Source: Candidatus Bathyarchaeota archaeon
Lineage (GTDB): Archaea > Thermoproteota > Bathyarchaeia > Bathyarchaeales > Bathycorpusculaceae
Assembly: GCA_026014485.1 (NCBI GenBank)
Contig: JAOZIE010000008.1
Span: 160,716-224,715, forward strand
Direction: 5' to 3'
Length of the DNA: 64,000 nucleotides
The translations under genes and the position numbers were made by a program. Every line of letters begins with the position of its first letter. The first letter of the stretch is position 1. The notes under the pieces were generated by a model. The model was given only the letters and a program-made list of their open reading frames with translations. It did no database searches and had not been told where the DNA came from. Below, one piece after another: positions 1 to 9,644 of the stretch.

Positions 1-318
1 CCCGACGAAGCAGGACACGTTAAAGACCCCGCACTGAAAGTGAAAACCATCGAGGACCTTGACCGCAGAGTCCTGGGCAGAATCCTCCACGGACTAAAAG
101 ACCCCGTCGCGGTCGCGGTTTTGCCCGACCACCCCACGCCCATCACGGTTGGCACGCACACACGCGACCCTGTGCCCTTCACGATTTACACTCCAAACAG
201 CGCTGGCGATGGCGTTGAAAGGTTCGACGAATCCTCAGCGGCAAAAGGCTCCTACGGGCTGGTAACACAGCAGTCCCTCATGTCTCTGTTCGTTTCCTCA
301 ACCACGAAACCGAACTGA
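1..318 (+). CDS. apgM: 2,3-bisphosphoglycerate-independent phosphoglycerate mutase, archaeal ApgM type; C-terminal fragment (5' end outside window)
   Basis: Frame is open from nt 1. The translation PDEAGH...VAVLPDHPTPITVGTHTRDPVPF matches the conserved C-terminal metal-site blocks (DEAGH, DHxTP, HT..PVPF) of archaeal cofactor-independent PGM. Confidence 0.8.
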   Translation, partial: PDEAGHVKDPALKVKTIEDLDRRVLGRILHGLKDPVAVAVLPDHPTPITVGTHTRDPVPFTIYTPNSAGDGVERFDESSAAKGSYGLVTQQSLMSLFVSSTTKPN

Positions 319-349
319 GACGAATTTCATTACGCCGCAATCTGGTGGT

Positions 350-2800
350 TTAGCGTTGTTTTCTAAGCAGCACAGCGTTTAAAGCTACGGATACAGCCGC
401 AACTGCTGCGATGGCTACCCAGAGCGTGATTTGCTGTAGTTGTTTGTCTTGGTTTGGTGGCTCTGCGGTGCAGGTGGGAAATGGCGAGGCGCTGGGCTGT
501 GTTGTCGGTTGTGTTGACGGCTGTTCGGGTGAGGACGTTGGTTGCTGTATAGTCGCTGGTGAGGGTGATGGTGCATACTGCTGGGCAATGTTGCTTATTG
601 GAATGTTTATCTTGATTACGTGAGAGCTGTGCGTGTAGTTGAGAGTTAAAAGCCAAGAATCAGCGATGGAAGATGCAGAGTAGGGCACTTGGTTTCCATC
701 AAGGTACACTGTGGCGTAGCCTACGTTATCCGTGAGGTTTTTAGCGATTGCTACCTTGAAGTATCCGAAGGTTCCTGAGGGTCCACTAGCTGTGAAGCCC
801 AGTTGCGAGGATGTCGAGTCGAATGCCAGCGAGGAAATCGTACTGTTTGACTCAACTAAGAAGACATATTGGTTTTGGCAGGGCACTGAGCTTAAGGTGA
901 CTGTGCTGTTTGTGCCCACAAAAGTGGCGTTGCCTTGCCATTCTGCTTTTAGCGTAAAGGTTCCTGTTGCCGTGTTAACCCATTGGATATAGTAAACGCC
1001 GTTTTCGTTAGTAGCACTTGAGCTGATGGGCAACCAAGAGTCGAAGCCGGCAAAGGTGTAGGAAAGCACAACCGTTTCTTTGCTGAGTTTGGTTCCGTAA
1101 ATATCAGCGAGTTCTCCGCTTATGCTGACTGGAGAACCCACAACAGTGGACGCTGCTGTTGAAATGGAAACCGAGGTTGACATTTTCACCTGTACTGTCT
1201 GTGTGGAGGAAGAGTTTTTGCCCGCGTTGTCATACACCGTTAATGTAACGTTGTACATGCCTTGCACTGCATAGGTGTGGGGTATTGCAGGTTGATTTGT
1301 CGTTGTTGTGTTTCCGTCACCGAAATCCCATTTGTACGCTGTAATTGTTGCGGGTTGGTTTACGCCGATATTTGGCTGAGATAGCGAGGCGTTGAACAAA
1401 ATGGGTCTGCCAACTGCGCTAGACGAGGGTGACCAATCAAAGATGGAAACAGGTTCTGAAAACTGAAGGTAAAGATTCTCAATTTCCTGAGTAGTTAGTC
1501 CTTTATCGTAGACCATTACGTTGCGCATTTGTCCTTTGAAGTATACAGGAATTCCCCATCTGCCCTGAGCGTATATGCCTAGTGAAGGTGGCCACCCAGA
1601 GCCAGGGTTGTAAAGATTCAAATCAGGGATTACCTTTTCCTCTCCCATCAAGACTCCATCCACGTAGACCTTCAACGAAGTTCCTTTAACCCACACCCCG
1701 AGAAGTTGGTGCCAAAGATTTGGCTCCATGGGTGACGAGGAGTAGACATTGTACCACTGAAAATTTGATAGGTGTACACCGAATCTGGCGAAATTTATGT
1801 TTAAGGCTGGAGCATGCCCGTTGGTCAATTCGCCATTAGCAAGTTCAAATTCGCCCATGTTGCCTTGTTCGTACACATATCCCACTTGCGTTACGTTAGT
1901 GTTTATCCAAGCAGCCACAGTAAATGAGTCCACCGTTGTTAGAGGTAAAGAGGGAAGACTGACGTAATTTGAAATACCGTCGAAACTGAGAGAGTTGCCA
2001 GTTTGGTCACTGCCCCAAGTTGCCCCCTGAATTACTCCGTGGTGATTGTTTCCTGACGAATCTATGGCAACAACTCCTGTTCCTTCATTCATTTTCCACC
2101 ATGCCATCAAGTCTGGTTTTGGCGTTGGATTTTGAGTGGCTGGAGGCAAAGGCAGGTTTGTTGTGTTTTCAACTTTGAAGTAATCAAAGCCAACGTCAGC
2201 CCGTCTGGCTCTTAATCCTGCCAGTCCACTGCTGTAACTGATGTCGGTTCCAGACATCACTTCTTGGTCGTTAACGAAGCATCGGAAAACGCTTCCCTGA
2301 ACGACCACTTTCAGAGTATAGTTTTGGTTTTGTTGAATGGGGAATGTTCCAGGTGCCCCGTCTGCTACAGTTCCCGTATTCAAACCTGCAACGGGGGTTC
2401 CGTATCCTGGGTCTTGCGGGGTGTACTTAACTATCGCTACAGAGTCATATTCGTTGCTCAGTTCAAATGAATAGTAGTTTTCGTTGTCTGTGTATCTGAA
2501 AATTATGCCTGCTCTAAACCCAACGGTGTCTGTGAAATTCAGTTTGGTTTCTATTGTACAATCCGTCAGAGGCATGTCTGTTACCGTGGTTATGCCGTTT
2601 TCGATTATGCCAACTGAAACGGAGTATTCTCTATCTATAACTTGCCAGTTTCCAAGGTTCCTTGCCCAACCATCCGAATTTCCATCTGAAAAATCATCAT
2701 AGAAATAAGTGTCAGATGCTTTTGCGAATTGAGGTGAAATAGCTGTTACTAATGAAAGCATCAAGAAAACTGCGATAAGCAATCCAGTTTTCTTTCTCAT
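350..2800 (-). CDS. Large secreted, C-terminally membrane-anchored surface protein (two concanavalin-A/LamG-like lectin domains, PKD domain, Ig-like stalk module, P/T/S/Q linker, TM helix)
   Basis: 816-aa ORF with GAGG upstream of the ATG. N-terminal signal peptide MRKKTGLLIAVFLMLSLVTAISPQFAKA. LamG-like block WWKMNEGTG...NHHGVIQGATW...FTVAAWIN. PKD block YKWDFGDGNTTT...YNVTLTVYDNAG. Pro/Thr/Ser/Gln-rich linker, then the hydrophobic helix LWVAIAAVAAVSVALNAVLL followed by RKQR. Confidence 0.85.
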   Translation of the reverse strand: MRKKTGLLIAVFLMLSLVTAISPQFAKASDTYFYDDFSDGNSDGWARNLGNWQVIDREYSVSVGIIENGITTVTDMPLTDCTIETKLNFTDTVGFRAGIIFRYTDNENYYSFELSNEYDSVAIVKYTPQDPGYGTPVAGLNTGTVADGAPGTFPIQQNQNYTLKVVVQGSVFRCFVNDQEVMSGTDISYSSGLAGLRARRADVGFDYFKVENTTNLPLPPATQNPTPKPDLMAWWKMNEGTGVVAIDSSGNNHHGVIQGATWGSDQTGNSLSFDGISNYVSLPSLPLTTVDSFTVAAWINTNVTQVGYVYEQGNMGEFELANGELTNGHAPALNINFARFGVHLSNFQWYNVYSSSPMEPNLWHQLLGVWVKGTSLKVYVDGVLMGEEKVIPDLNLYNPGSGWPPSLGIYAQGRWGIPVYFKGQMRNVMVYDKGLTTQEIENLYLQFSEPVSIFDWSPSSSAVGRPILFNASLSQPNIGVNQPATITAYKWDFGDGNTTTTNQPAIPHTYAVQGMYNVTLTVYDNAGKNSSSTQTVQVKMSTSVSISTAASTVVGSPVSISGELADIYGTKLSKETVVLSYTFAGFDSWLPISSSATNENGVYYIQWVNTATGTFTLKAEWQGNATFVGTNSTVTLSSVPCQNQYVFLVESNSTISSLAFDSTSSQLGFTASGPSGTFGYFKVAIAKNLTDNVGYATVYLDGNQVPYSASSIADSWLLTLNYTHSSHVIKINIPISNIAQQYAPSPSPATIQQPTSSPEQPSTQPTTQPSASPFPTCTAEPPNQDKQLQQITLWVAIAAVAAVSVALNAVLLRKQR

Positions 2801-2949
2801 ATTTTTTCCTCGGTTGCCCTGAACGTTTTCTCATTCATAGGCATCAATTAGACCTCCGTGATTTTTTGCCTAAAAGGGTATTTGTAAAGAATTCTTGTGT
2901 CAAGAAAAACTGTGTAACTTTTCCCTTTCCGATTGAGGAACCTGACAGT

Positions 2950-3414
2950 TCATTGTTGGTTGTCCCAGCGGTACTTCTGTTTCTTTTCTTTTAGCTTTTC
3001 CAAATCACAGTTGAAGCATAGTCCATTGTGGCAACAAATCAGCCCATCGCATTTATCGCACTTCCAAACCTGCCTTTGGCTGGCAAGGAAGCTTTCCATT
3101 CCGGATTCCTTGATGAACTTCAGGTTGTCTATCATGCTCATCCTGTAGCGTTTTCTGTACCCGCGGTCCAGCGCCTTTAGGTTATCGCAGGGGAAGCTGG
3201 CGCATTCGAAGCAGAAGTTCACTTCGCCGTTGAGCAGTTTTTGGCACCGTTTTTTCAGGAACGCACAGGTTTTGCCTCGGGGACGGCACCCGATACAGTA
3301 GGGAATTTTGACACCTTTGCTCTTTACATCGGTCTTTGCCGCTAAGTAGCTTGAGCATAAGGCACAGTTCATGCCGCACGGCGCCACTAACTCGACGTTT
3401 TCAGGTGTATTCAT
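2950..3414 (-). CDS. Cys-rich metal-binding protein, DUF3795-like
   Basis: 154-aa ORF with many CxxC pairs (CGMNCALC, CIGC, CFEC, CDKCDGLICC, CFNC), an arrangement typical of DUF3795 proteins. Assignment is by motif recall only. Confidence 0.6.
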   Translation of the reverse strand: MNTPENVELVAPCGMNCALCSSYLAAKTDVKSKGVKIPYCIGCRPRGKTCAFLKKRCQKLLNGEVNFCFECASFPCDNLKALDRGYRKRYRMSMIDNLKFIKESGMESFLASQRQVWKCDKCDGLICCHNGLCFNCDLEKLKEKKQKYRWDNQQ

Positions 3415-3589
3415 CCAAGACCAAACTCCAATTAGGGCTATCTGCGGATAAGGTTTTCTTAGATTTTTAACTTTAGCAAACAGAGTGCGTGAGGTGCAAA
3501 AATTAGGGGCGTATGTTAATTGTTGGGGTGTTTGGCGATTCTGCTGTCAGTGGGTATTGAGTCTATACTTTTGCAAAACCTATTAATAC

Positions 3590-5137
3590 GTGGAAATCAT
3601 TCCTCGTTGCCATCGGTTGGAGGAGAAAGCGCTCAAACCACAAAAAAATACCCGTACAATTGAAGAAATAAATCAGAAAATCAGAAATGGCGATGTCCAA
3701 GTTTTAACCGCTGAGGAAATGAAAAAGCTTGTTGAAAGCAGCGGTGTAGAAGTGGCTTTTAGGGAGGTTGATGTAGTCACCACAGGTACTTTTGGTGCTA
3801 TGTGCAGCTCAGGAGCCATCGTAAACATCGGGCATCCCGACCCCCCCATAAAACTTGAAAACGCTTGGATGAATGATGTGCCGATTTGTCATCCGGGCGC
3901 AGCAGTAGACCTGTATATTGGGGCATCTGCCATGTCCACAACGCAGCCCTATGAGTATGGCGGTGGACATTTAATTGAGGATTTGGTGGCGGGCAAAGAG
4001 GTTGAGTTGAAAGCTAACTCTTACGGCACAGACTGCTATCCCCGAACTCAGGTGAAGACGAACCTCACTAAAGATGACCTTAACCAGTTTTATCTGCTTA
4101 ACTTCCGCAACTGCTACCAACACTACAACTGCGCCGTGAATAGCCGAGACGAAACCATCTACACTTACATGGGCAAGTTGCTGCCTCGAATGCGTAACGC
4201 AACTTTTTCTGGTGCGGGCGAGCTTAACCCGCTTATGAACGACCCCGACTACGAAACCATCGGCATCGGAACCCGCATTTTCCTTGGCGGAACCCAAGGC
4301 TACGTCATCGGCGAAGGCACGCAGCATGAAGCCAGCAGCCTGAATGGCACTTTGATGGTTAGGGGAAACGCTAAGAAGATGAGCCCAGAGTTTCTGCGCG
4401 GCGCCGCATTTACGCGGTATGGCACTACCCTTTACGTGGGCTTAGGTATCCCTATTCCCATCCTGAATGAGGGGTTAGCGCGGAAAACGGCTATCCGCGA
4501 CGAAGAAATCTTCACTAACGTGGTGGATTATGGGGTTCCCCGTCGAGACAGACCGAAATTGGCGAGAGTCAGCTATAAGGAGTTGAAGTCTGGCGGCGTC
4601 ACGGTTGGCGACAGAAGAATTAGAGTTAGCTCGCTTTCCAGCTTGAAGAAGGCGCGTAAAATCGCTGGCACCCTCAAAGATTGGATTGTTCAGGGCGAAT
4701 TCTTTTTGTCTGCGCCTGTGGAGCGTTTGCCCCTTGACGGCGTCTTTAAGTCTATGAAGCAGACGGAAGCCATAGTTTTTGTGGTTAACGTGATGCAGAA
4801 AGCGGTTACCTGCAGGGAAACCGACGCGGTAAGTGCCATCGCAAAACGCATCGTTACCAAATCCGTAAACCACATAGTCGTTGTGGATGAGCAGGGTAAG
4901 CTTACTGGCATCGTTACTTCATGGGATATTACGCGTGCGCTGGCAGAAGGCAAGGATGCATTGGCAGAAATCGTTACGCGGCATGTGTTTACCGCTAAAC
5001 CTGATGAACCCTTGGAGACTGCGTCGAAGCGTTTGGCTCAGCATAACATCTCTGCGCTTCCAGTTATAGACAACAAAAACAAAGTGTTGGGGATAGTTAC
5101 CTCTGAAGACATCTCCAAACAGCTTGGGAGGAAGTGA
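3590..5137 (+). CDS. Homocysteine biosynthesis protein, DUF39 (COG1900) domain fused to two C-terminal CBS domains (MJ0100 / MA1821 type)
   Basis: 515-aa ORF. N-terminal TIEEINQKIRNGDVQVLTAEE and VDVVTTGTFG are typical of DUF39. The C-terminal approx. 120 aa has a tandem CBS signature (HIVVVDEQGKLTGIVTSWDI ... ISALPVIDNKNKVLGIVTSEDI). The start is uncertain: GTG at 3590 or in-frame TTG at 3617. Confidence 0.85.
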   Translation: MEIIPRCHRLEEKALKPQKNTRTIEEINQKIRNGDVQVLTAEEMKKLVESSGVEVAFREVDVVTTGTFGAMCSSGAIVNIGHPDPPIKLENAWMNDVPICHPGAAVDLYIGASAMSTTQPYEYGGGHLIEDLVAGKEVELKANSYGTDCYPRTQVKTNLTKDDLNQFYLLNFRNCYQHYNCAVNSRDETIYTYMGKLLPRMRNATFSGAGELNPLMNDPDYETIGIGTRIFLGGTQGYVIGEGTQHEASSLNGTLMVRGNAKKMSPEFLRGAAFTRYGTTLYVGLGIPIPILNEGLARKTAIRDEEIFTNVVDYGVPRRDRPKLARVSYKELKSGGVTVGDRRIRVSSLSSLKKARKIAGTLKDWIVQGEFFLSAPVERLPLDGVFKSMKQTEAIVFVVNVMQKAVTCRETDAVSAIAKRIVTKSVNHIVVVDEQGKLTGIVTSWDITRALAEGKDALAEIVTRHVFTAKPDEPLETASKRLAQHNISALPVIDNKNKVLGIVTSEDISKQLGRK

Positions 5138-5141
5138 GCGC

Positions 5142-5564
5142 ATGGTGCGGATTCTCCTAAAGTTCTCTGAGCAAACGGTGGAGCAGCCTATCGTTTCGCA
5201 GATTATCCTCGACTTGAAAGTGCCCCTAAACATCTTGACCGCTTACGTGAACAGTAAAGGCGGCGAAGTTCTAGCTGAGATTCCTGATGAAGCGTTAGAG
5301 AAGGTTGTGGCGGCTTTCCGAATGAGAAACGTTACGGTTAGCTTGCCAAAGCTCATCGAGGTCGACACGGAGAAATGCATCAGCTGCGGTTCCTGCGTGG
5401 CGCTGTGTCCTGTGGAAGCCATCACGTTAGATGAGGAATACTCGGTGGTTTTCGACAAGGAGAAATGTGTAGGCAGCACTTGCAGCGCCTGCGTGGATGC
5501 TTGCCCGGCGAGAGCCATCAAGTCGGTTAAGCAGAACAATCATGAACTCCACAGTTCTCGTTAG
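5142..5564 (+). CDS. NIL-domain / 2x[4Fe-4S] ferredoxin-domain protein (MJ0099 / MA1822 type partner of DUF39)
   Basis: ATG at 5142 lies 4 nt after the upstream stop, with GGGAGG about 10 nt upstream. N-terminal NIL-like block FSEQTVEQPIVSQIILDLKVPLNILTAYV. Two cluster motifs: CISCGSCVALCP and CSACVDACP. Confidence 0.8.
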   Translation: MVRILLKFSEQTVEQPIVSQIILDLKVPLNILTAYVNSKGGEVLAEIPDEALEKVVAAFRMRNVTVSLPKLIEVDTEKCISCGSCVALCPVEAITLDEEYSVVFDKEKCVGSTCSACVDACPARAIKSVKQNNHELHSSR

Positions 5565-5587
5565 AGAAAGAGGCGGTTAGCCAGCCA

Positions 5588-6298
5588 ATGAAGAGCCTGT
5601 TCAGGGAAGCTTTTACCTACAAGGATTCTCAATGCAGCCTAATTGCTGACAGGGCAAGCGGCATCCAAACCGCCAAGCAGTCGCTTATGCGTAACCGCAC
5701 GCGGCTTGAAGAGTTCATTGCGGCTAACCCGAAGTTCGAGTATGCACTGCAGCCTGTTTCTGTACCCAACGAGCCTTTAGTGGCTAAGCTTATGGCTGAA
5801 GCCGCAGAAAAGGCAGCGGTGGGTCCCATGGCTGCGGTTGCGGGTGTCTTGGCGGATTTAGCGGTGAAGGACATGGTTGCGGATGGCTGCAGGGTTGCTG
5901 TGGTTGAGGACGGCGGCGAAGTCTGCGCGGTTTCCGATGTGCCCATTGACGTTGCGGTTGCGGCTGGGGAAGAGGCGTTGTCGCGGCGGTTTGGCTTTCG
6001 CCTCACAGAGTTCCCTGCTGGTTTGGGGACGAGTTCGGGCAGGTTTAGTCACGCGTTAAGTTTTGGCGATGCGGAGGCTGCAACAGTTTTCTGCGGCGAA
6101 GCTGGGTTGGCGGATGCCGCTGCCACGGCGGTTGCAAACGTTGTGAAAGGTGAAGATGTCCAAGCGGCAATTGAAAGAGGGCTTTCGGTGGGCAAGGCAA
6201 TCGTGGGCGTGGATGGCGTTTTTGTGCTTTACCGAGGCTGCGTTGGAACTTGGGGCAAACTGCCGCAAATAATCAAAGTCGACCCCCAAGTACCCTAA
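5588..6298 (+). CDS. UPF0280 / COG2122 family protein (ApbE-like superfamily)
   Basis: 236-aa ORF. IADRASG...RTRLEEFIAANPKF...VGPMAAVAGVLADL...VVEDGGEV resembles the conserved core of UPF0280 proteins. It sits directly after the DUF39/NIL pair. Confidence 0.7.
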   Translation: MKSLFREAFTYKDSQCSLIADRASGIQTAKQSLMRNRTRLEEFIAANPKFEYALQPVSVPNEPLVAKLMAEAAEKAAVGPMAAVAGVLADLAVKDMVADGCRVAVVEDGGEVCAVSDVPIDVAVAAGEEALSRRFGFRLTEFPAGLGTSSGRFSHALSFGDAEAATVFCGEAGLADAAATAVANVVKGEDVQAAIERGLSVGKAIVGVDGVFVLYRGCVGTWGKLPQIIKVDPQVP

Positions 6299-6605
6299 CA
6301 GAATCCCTGTGGTTCTGTGCTGTCTGCTGTGATTTTGGTCTACCCTCTATCTTTGTGATGCGCTTGTTTTGGGTTGCTTTTTTGTTTCTGGTTGCGTTTT
6401 GGGTTTTTCTTATGTCCTAAAAAGGTCTGAAATGGCTGGATATGGTCTGTTTTGGCTGTTCTGTCTCTTCTACAAATGTGTTTATCTGCTGCCTTTTGCG
6501 CCGCTCATAAGCTGATGTTTGGGTAAGCTTTTTTGTTTTCAGGTTTGTCTTTTAGGTAAACCTTAAAACCTGAACGTTGCATTAGTATTTTGCTTGGTGG
6601 ATTTG

Positions 6606-7286
6606 ATGCAGCAGGGTGCTCAGGGAAGAGTTTCGAAAACTGTTTACGCCGTTTTCTTCTTGACTTTACTTGTGGCGGCAGTGGGTTTATCTCCAGTTGC
6701 CTTCGCTTCCGACTCAAGTTTTGGCAACCAAAGCCAAGGCCCCTACAGCGCCACAGCTTTCGGAGGCTTATACGTTTCCAACTTTGTCAGCCCCGCAGAC
6801 ATTGGAGCCATAACTCAAATTCAAGTTTACCTAGCTACAGGCGGGACATCCGTTAAAGCCGTAATATACTCTGACAATAATGGACAACCCGGCGCCTTGT
6901 TGGCGGCAAGTGATTTCGTTGCGGTGGAGGGCACATCTGCACGTTGGGTCAGCTTTGATGTTTCTTACGCTGGGACAACACCCGACACGGTTTACTGGCT
7001 GGGCGTAGTCTTCGAAAGCGCAGGAACCTACTATTACACCGACGTTAGCGGAAAAACACTTTACTCCGCCTCCAACACGGATGCACCAAACGAGTTTCCC
7101 GAGGGAACCCCGAACCAACTAGAGTCCTTGAACGTCTACGCAGCTTACACACCCGCATATACCTCCACTCCCACCCCAGAAGACAACCCTGACCCGATGC
7201 AGTCAACACTGCTGTGGGTCATCATAATCGGCGTGATTGTTGCTGTAGCGGTTGCCGTCGCCTTTGTAATGCTTAAGCGAAAGTAG
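6606..7286 (+). CDS. Secreted protein with C-terminal TM anchor, function unknown
   Basis: The ORF frame opens at TTG 6594 and the first ATG is at 6606. Signal-like segment VYAVFFLTLLVAAVGLSPVAFA. C-terminal helix LLWVIIIGVIVAVAVAVAFVML followed by KRK. Confidence 0.6.
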   Translation: MQQGAQGRVSKTVYAVFFLTLLVAAVGLSPVAFASDSSFGNQSQGPYSATAFGGLYVSNFVSPADIGAITQIQVYLATGGTSVKAVIYSDNNGQPGALLAASDFVAVEGTSARWVSFDVSYAGTTPDTVYWLGVVFESAGTYYYTDVSGKTLYSASNTDAPNEFPEGTPNQLESLNVYAAYTPAYTSTPTPEDNPDPMQSTLLWVIIIGVIVAVAVAVAFVMLKRK

Positions 7287-7517
7287 CCCTCGCAGTTGCT
7301 TTTTCGCCTTTTCTGCAGCAGAATCCCCCTTCATTTAACTTGTATCTGGCAGTTTAGACTCGGCTTAAACTGGATGTTCCGAAACGCTTTTATTTTTGAA
7401 AATCAGTCTGAATTAACAGATTCGAGGCTATAACGATGGATTCAACGCTTAAGGCGAAAAAAATTTCTACACGCTTCTATAGCTTCGAGTACTGCTTTTA
7501 TTATTACTTTAACTAAG

Positions 7518-7552
7518 CCCAGAACAAAATTTTTGGAGAAAAGTTCTGGGCG
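7518..7552 (+). promoter_or_regulatory. Perfect 9-bp stem hairpin immediately upstream of the aspartate kinase ribosome-binding site
   Basis: GCCCAGAAC (7518-7526), 17-nt loop, GTTCTGGGC (7544-7552). It is followed by GAGGG and the ATG at 7560. Confidence 0.3.
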
Positions 7553-7559
7553 TTGAGGG

Positions 7560-8810
7560 ATGGTTATGAAAACGGAAAAATCTTGCAAAAAAATCGTGGT
7601 CAAATTCGGTGGTTCTAGCCTTGCTGACCCTGAAAGGCTTTCCCGAGCGGTAGCTGCCGTAGTTAACGAGGCCAAACGTGGTACACGACTTGCCGTTGTT
7701 GTCTCGGCTATGGGCAAAACAACTGATGTCCTTCTCAACACGGTCAAGAACACCTCCAATGGCAAACTTGAAAAGCATGAGCTTGACGATATACTATCCA
7801 TGGGTGAGCGGACCAGCGTTCGCATTTTCTCTGTTGCTCTGCGAACCAACGGCGTGGACTCCCGCTACTTCGACCCGCGGGACGACGATTGGCCAATTAT
7901 CACTGATGCTTGTTACTCGAACGCGAATCCTCAGCGCCAGCAGTGTGAACAGCGAATCCGCGACTGCATTCTGCCTTTGGTTGAAAAAGGTGTTGTCCCA
8001 GTTATCGCTGGGTTCGTGGGCAGAACCACAGAGGGCAAAATCACCACTCTGGGACGCGGAGGCAGCGACACAACCGCCTTCCTTTTGGCTGAAGCCCTTG
8101 GTGCAGACGAAGTTGTTTTAGCAACCGACGCCGACGGCATAATGTCAGGTGACCCAAAGGTTGTTGCGGAACCTCGGCGTCTATCTGAAATCGACGTTAG
8201 CACATTGGTGGGCCTCGCAGATTCAGGAGCTAAATTCATTCACAGTAAAGCCCTCAAGTATAAGCCTCAGTCTGTGGATGTCCGCGTCATAAGCAGCGCC
8301 CACGGTGACTTAACCCGCGAGGGCACCATAATCCGCGGCGCCTTAGCTGCTGAACTGGATGTGGAGCAGGCTCACGGTTCGCCCATGGCAGAAATAACCA
8401 TAGTGGGACAACGCATATCCGACAACCTTAAACTCATTGAGGATTTAGTCGCCAAAGCCAAGGTACACACCACCCTGCTTGCCATGTCCATGAACACTAA
8501 CTCCGCCATCCTGTACGTCTCCGCCGAGAAGAACCTTGACGCACTCTTCAACGCCATCCACCAAACCGTTCTGGAAAACGAGGAAGCCAAAGCCATGGCA
8601 GTCAAAAAAGACATCGTTTTCCTCAAAATCCGCGGCGTCGGCTTAGAGGAAACGCAGGGTATAATCGGCAAAGTCAGCGAGGTTTTGCGTGTTAACAGCA
8701 TCAACATAGCTGGCATTCTCACAATAACCTCCAGCATCCTGCTTTTTGTAGACTGGAATGAACGGGAGAAAGCGCTGGAGTTAATCAGAAAATCCTTAAG
8801 GAGCCACTAA
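7560..8810 (+). CDS. Aspartate kinase
   Basis: 416 aa. Amino-acid-kinase N-terminus KIVVKFGGSSLADPERL...LAVVVSAMGKTTD. The C-terminal approx. 130 aa has ACT-like repeats (ITIVGQ..., FLKIRGVGL...). Confidence 0.85.
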   Translation: MVMKTEKSCKKIVVKFGGSSLADPERLSRAVAAVVNEAKRGTRLAVVVSAMGKTTDVLLNTVKNTSNGKLEKHELDDILSMGERTSVRIFSVALRTNGVDSRYFDPRDDDWPIITDACYSNANPQRQQCEQRIRDCILPLVEKGVVPVIAGFVGRTTEGKITTLGRGGSDTTAFLLAEALGADEVVLATDADGIMSGDPKVVAEPRRLSEIDVSTLVGLADSGAKFIHSKALKYKPQSVDVRVISSAHGDLTREGTIIRGALAAELDVEQAHGSPMAEITIVGQRISDNLKLIEDLVAKAKVHTTLLAMSMNTNSAILYVSAEKNLDALFNAIHQTVLENEEAKAMAVKKDIVFLKIRGVGLEETQGIIGKVSEVLRVNSINIAGILTITSSILLFVDWNEREKALELIRKSLRSH

Positions 8811-8852
8811 AATGAAAAACACAAACCCCAAAACCCAAAGGAAGGACCCAGA

Positions 8853-9644
8853 ATGATTTCAGGCAAAACCCGCAGACTCAGAAGAATTCTCCAACCCGAT
8901 AACCACACAGTCATCGTTCCCATGGACCACGGCGTCACCATTGGTCCAATTAAGGGCATCGAGAACATGCAGACCATAACCAACCAGCTGCTGGATGGCG
9001 GCGCAGATGCCCTTGTCGTTCACAAAGGTATAGCCAAAAACATCGAGGCAAAAACCGCTGGGCTAATTGTTATGCTTTCTGGATCCAGTAACCTTAACCC
9101 CAACCAGAACAACAAGGTCCAAGTCTGCTCGGTGGCCGAAGCCGTCCGCATAGGCGCCGACGCCGTCTCTGTACACGTTAACGTAGGCGCCCAAGACGAG
9201 GACAAGATGCTTCAGGTGCTGGGGAAAGTTTCTGACCAATGCGATGTCTATGGTTTGCCTCTGCTTGCCATGATGTATCCGCGTGGACCCAAAATCACCC
9301 TTGAACATGCGCCTCAAACGGTGGCACACGCAGCCCGAATCGGAGCGGAACTCGGTGCAGACATAATCAAAACCAACTACACAGGCGACGTGAACACCTT
9401 CCGAGCCGTCGTGGAAAGCTGCAGCGCCCCCGTTGTTATCGCAGGTGGACCCCAAGCAGGAACCCCCCGAGATGTGCTGCAAACCACCCACGAAGCCATG
9501 GAGGCAGGCGGCGCAGGACTCTCCATCGGCAGAAACATATTCCAACACGACAAACCCACGTTGATGGTTAAGGCGCTCTCCGCCATCGTTCACGAAGGCG
9601 CCTCCGTGGAGGAAGCACTTAAAATTCTGGGGGACTCCCCATGA
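8853..9644 (+). CDS. aroA': 2-amino-3,7-dideoxy-D-threo-hept-6-ulosonate (ADH) synthase, class I aldolase family (MJ0400 type, AroA')
   Basis: 263 aa, DhnA/class-I aldolase-like (VIVPMDHGVTIGP, IIKTNYTG, LSIGRNIFQH). Its stop overlaps the start of the DHQ synthase II gene (ATGA), which supports AroA' over a glycolytic aldolase. Confidence 0.75.
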   Translation: MISGKTRRLRRILQPDNHTVIVPMDHGVTIGPIKGIENMQTITNQLLDGGADALVVHKGIAKNIEAKTAGLIVMLSGSSNLNPNQNNKVQVCSVAEAVRIGADAVSVHVNVGAQDEDKMLQVLGKVSDQCDVYGLPLLAMMYPRGPKITLEHAPQTVAHAARIGAELGADIIKTNYTGDVNTFRAVVESCSAPVVIAGGPQAGTPRDVLQTTHEAMEAGGAGLSIGRNIFQHDKPTLMVKALSAIVHEGASVEEALKILGDSP

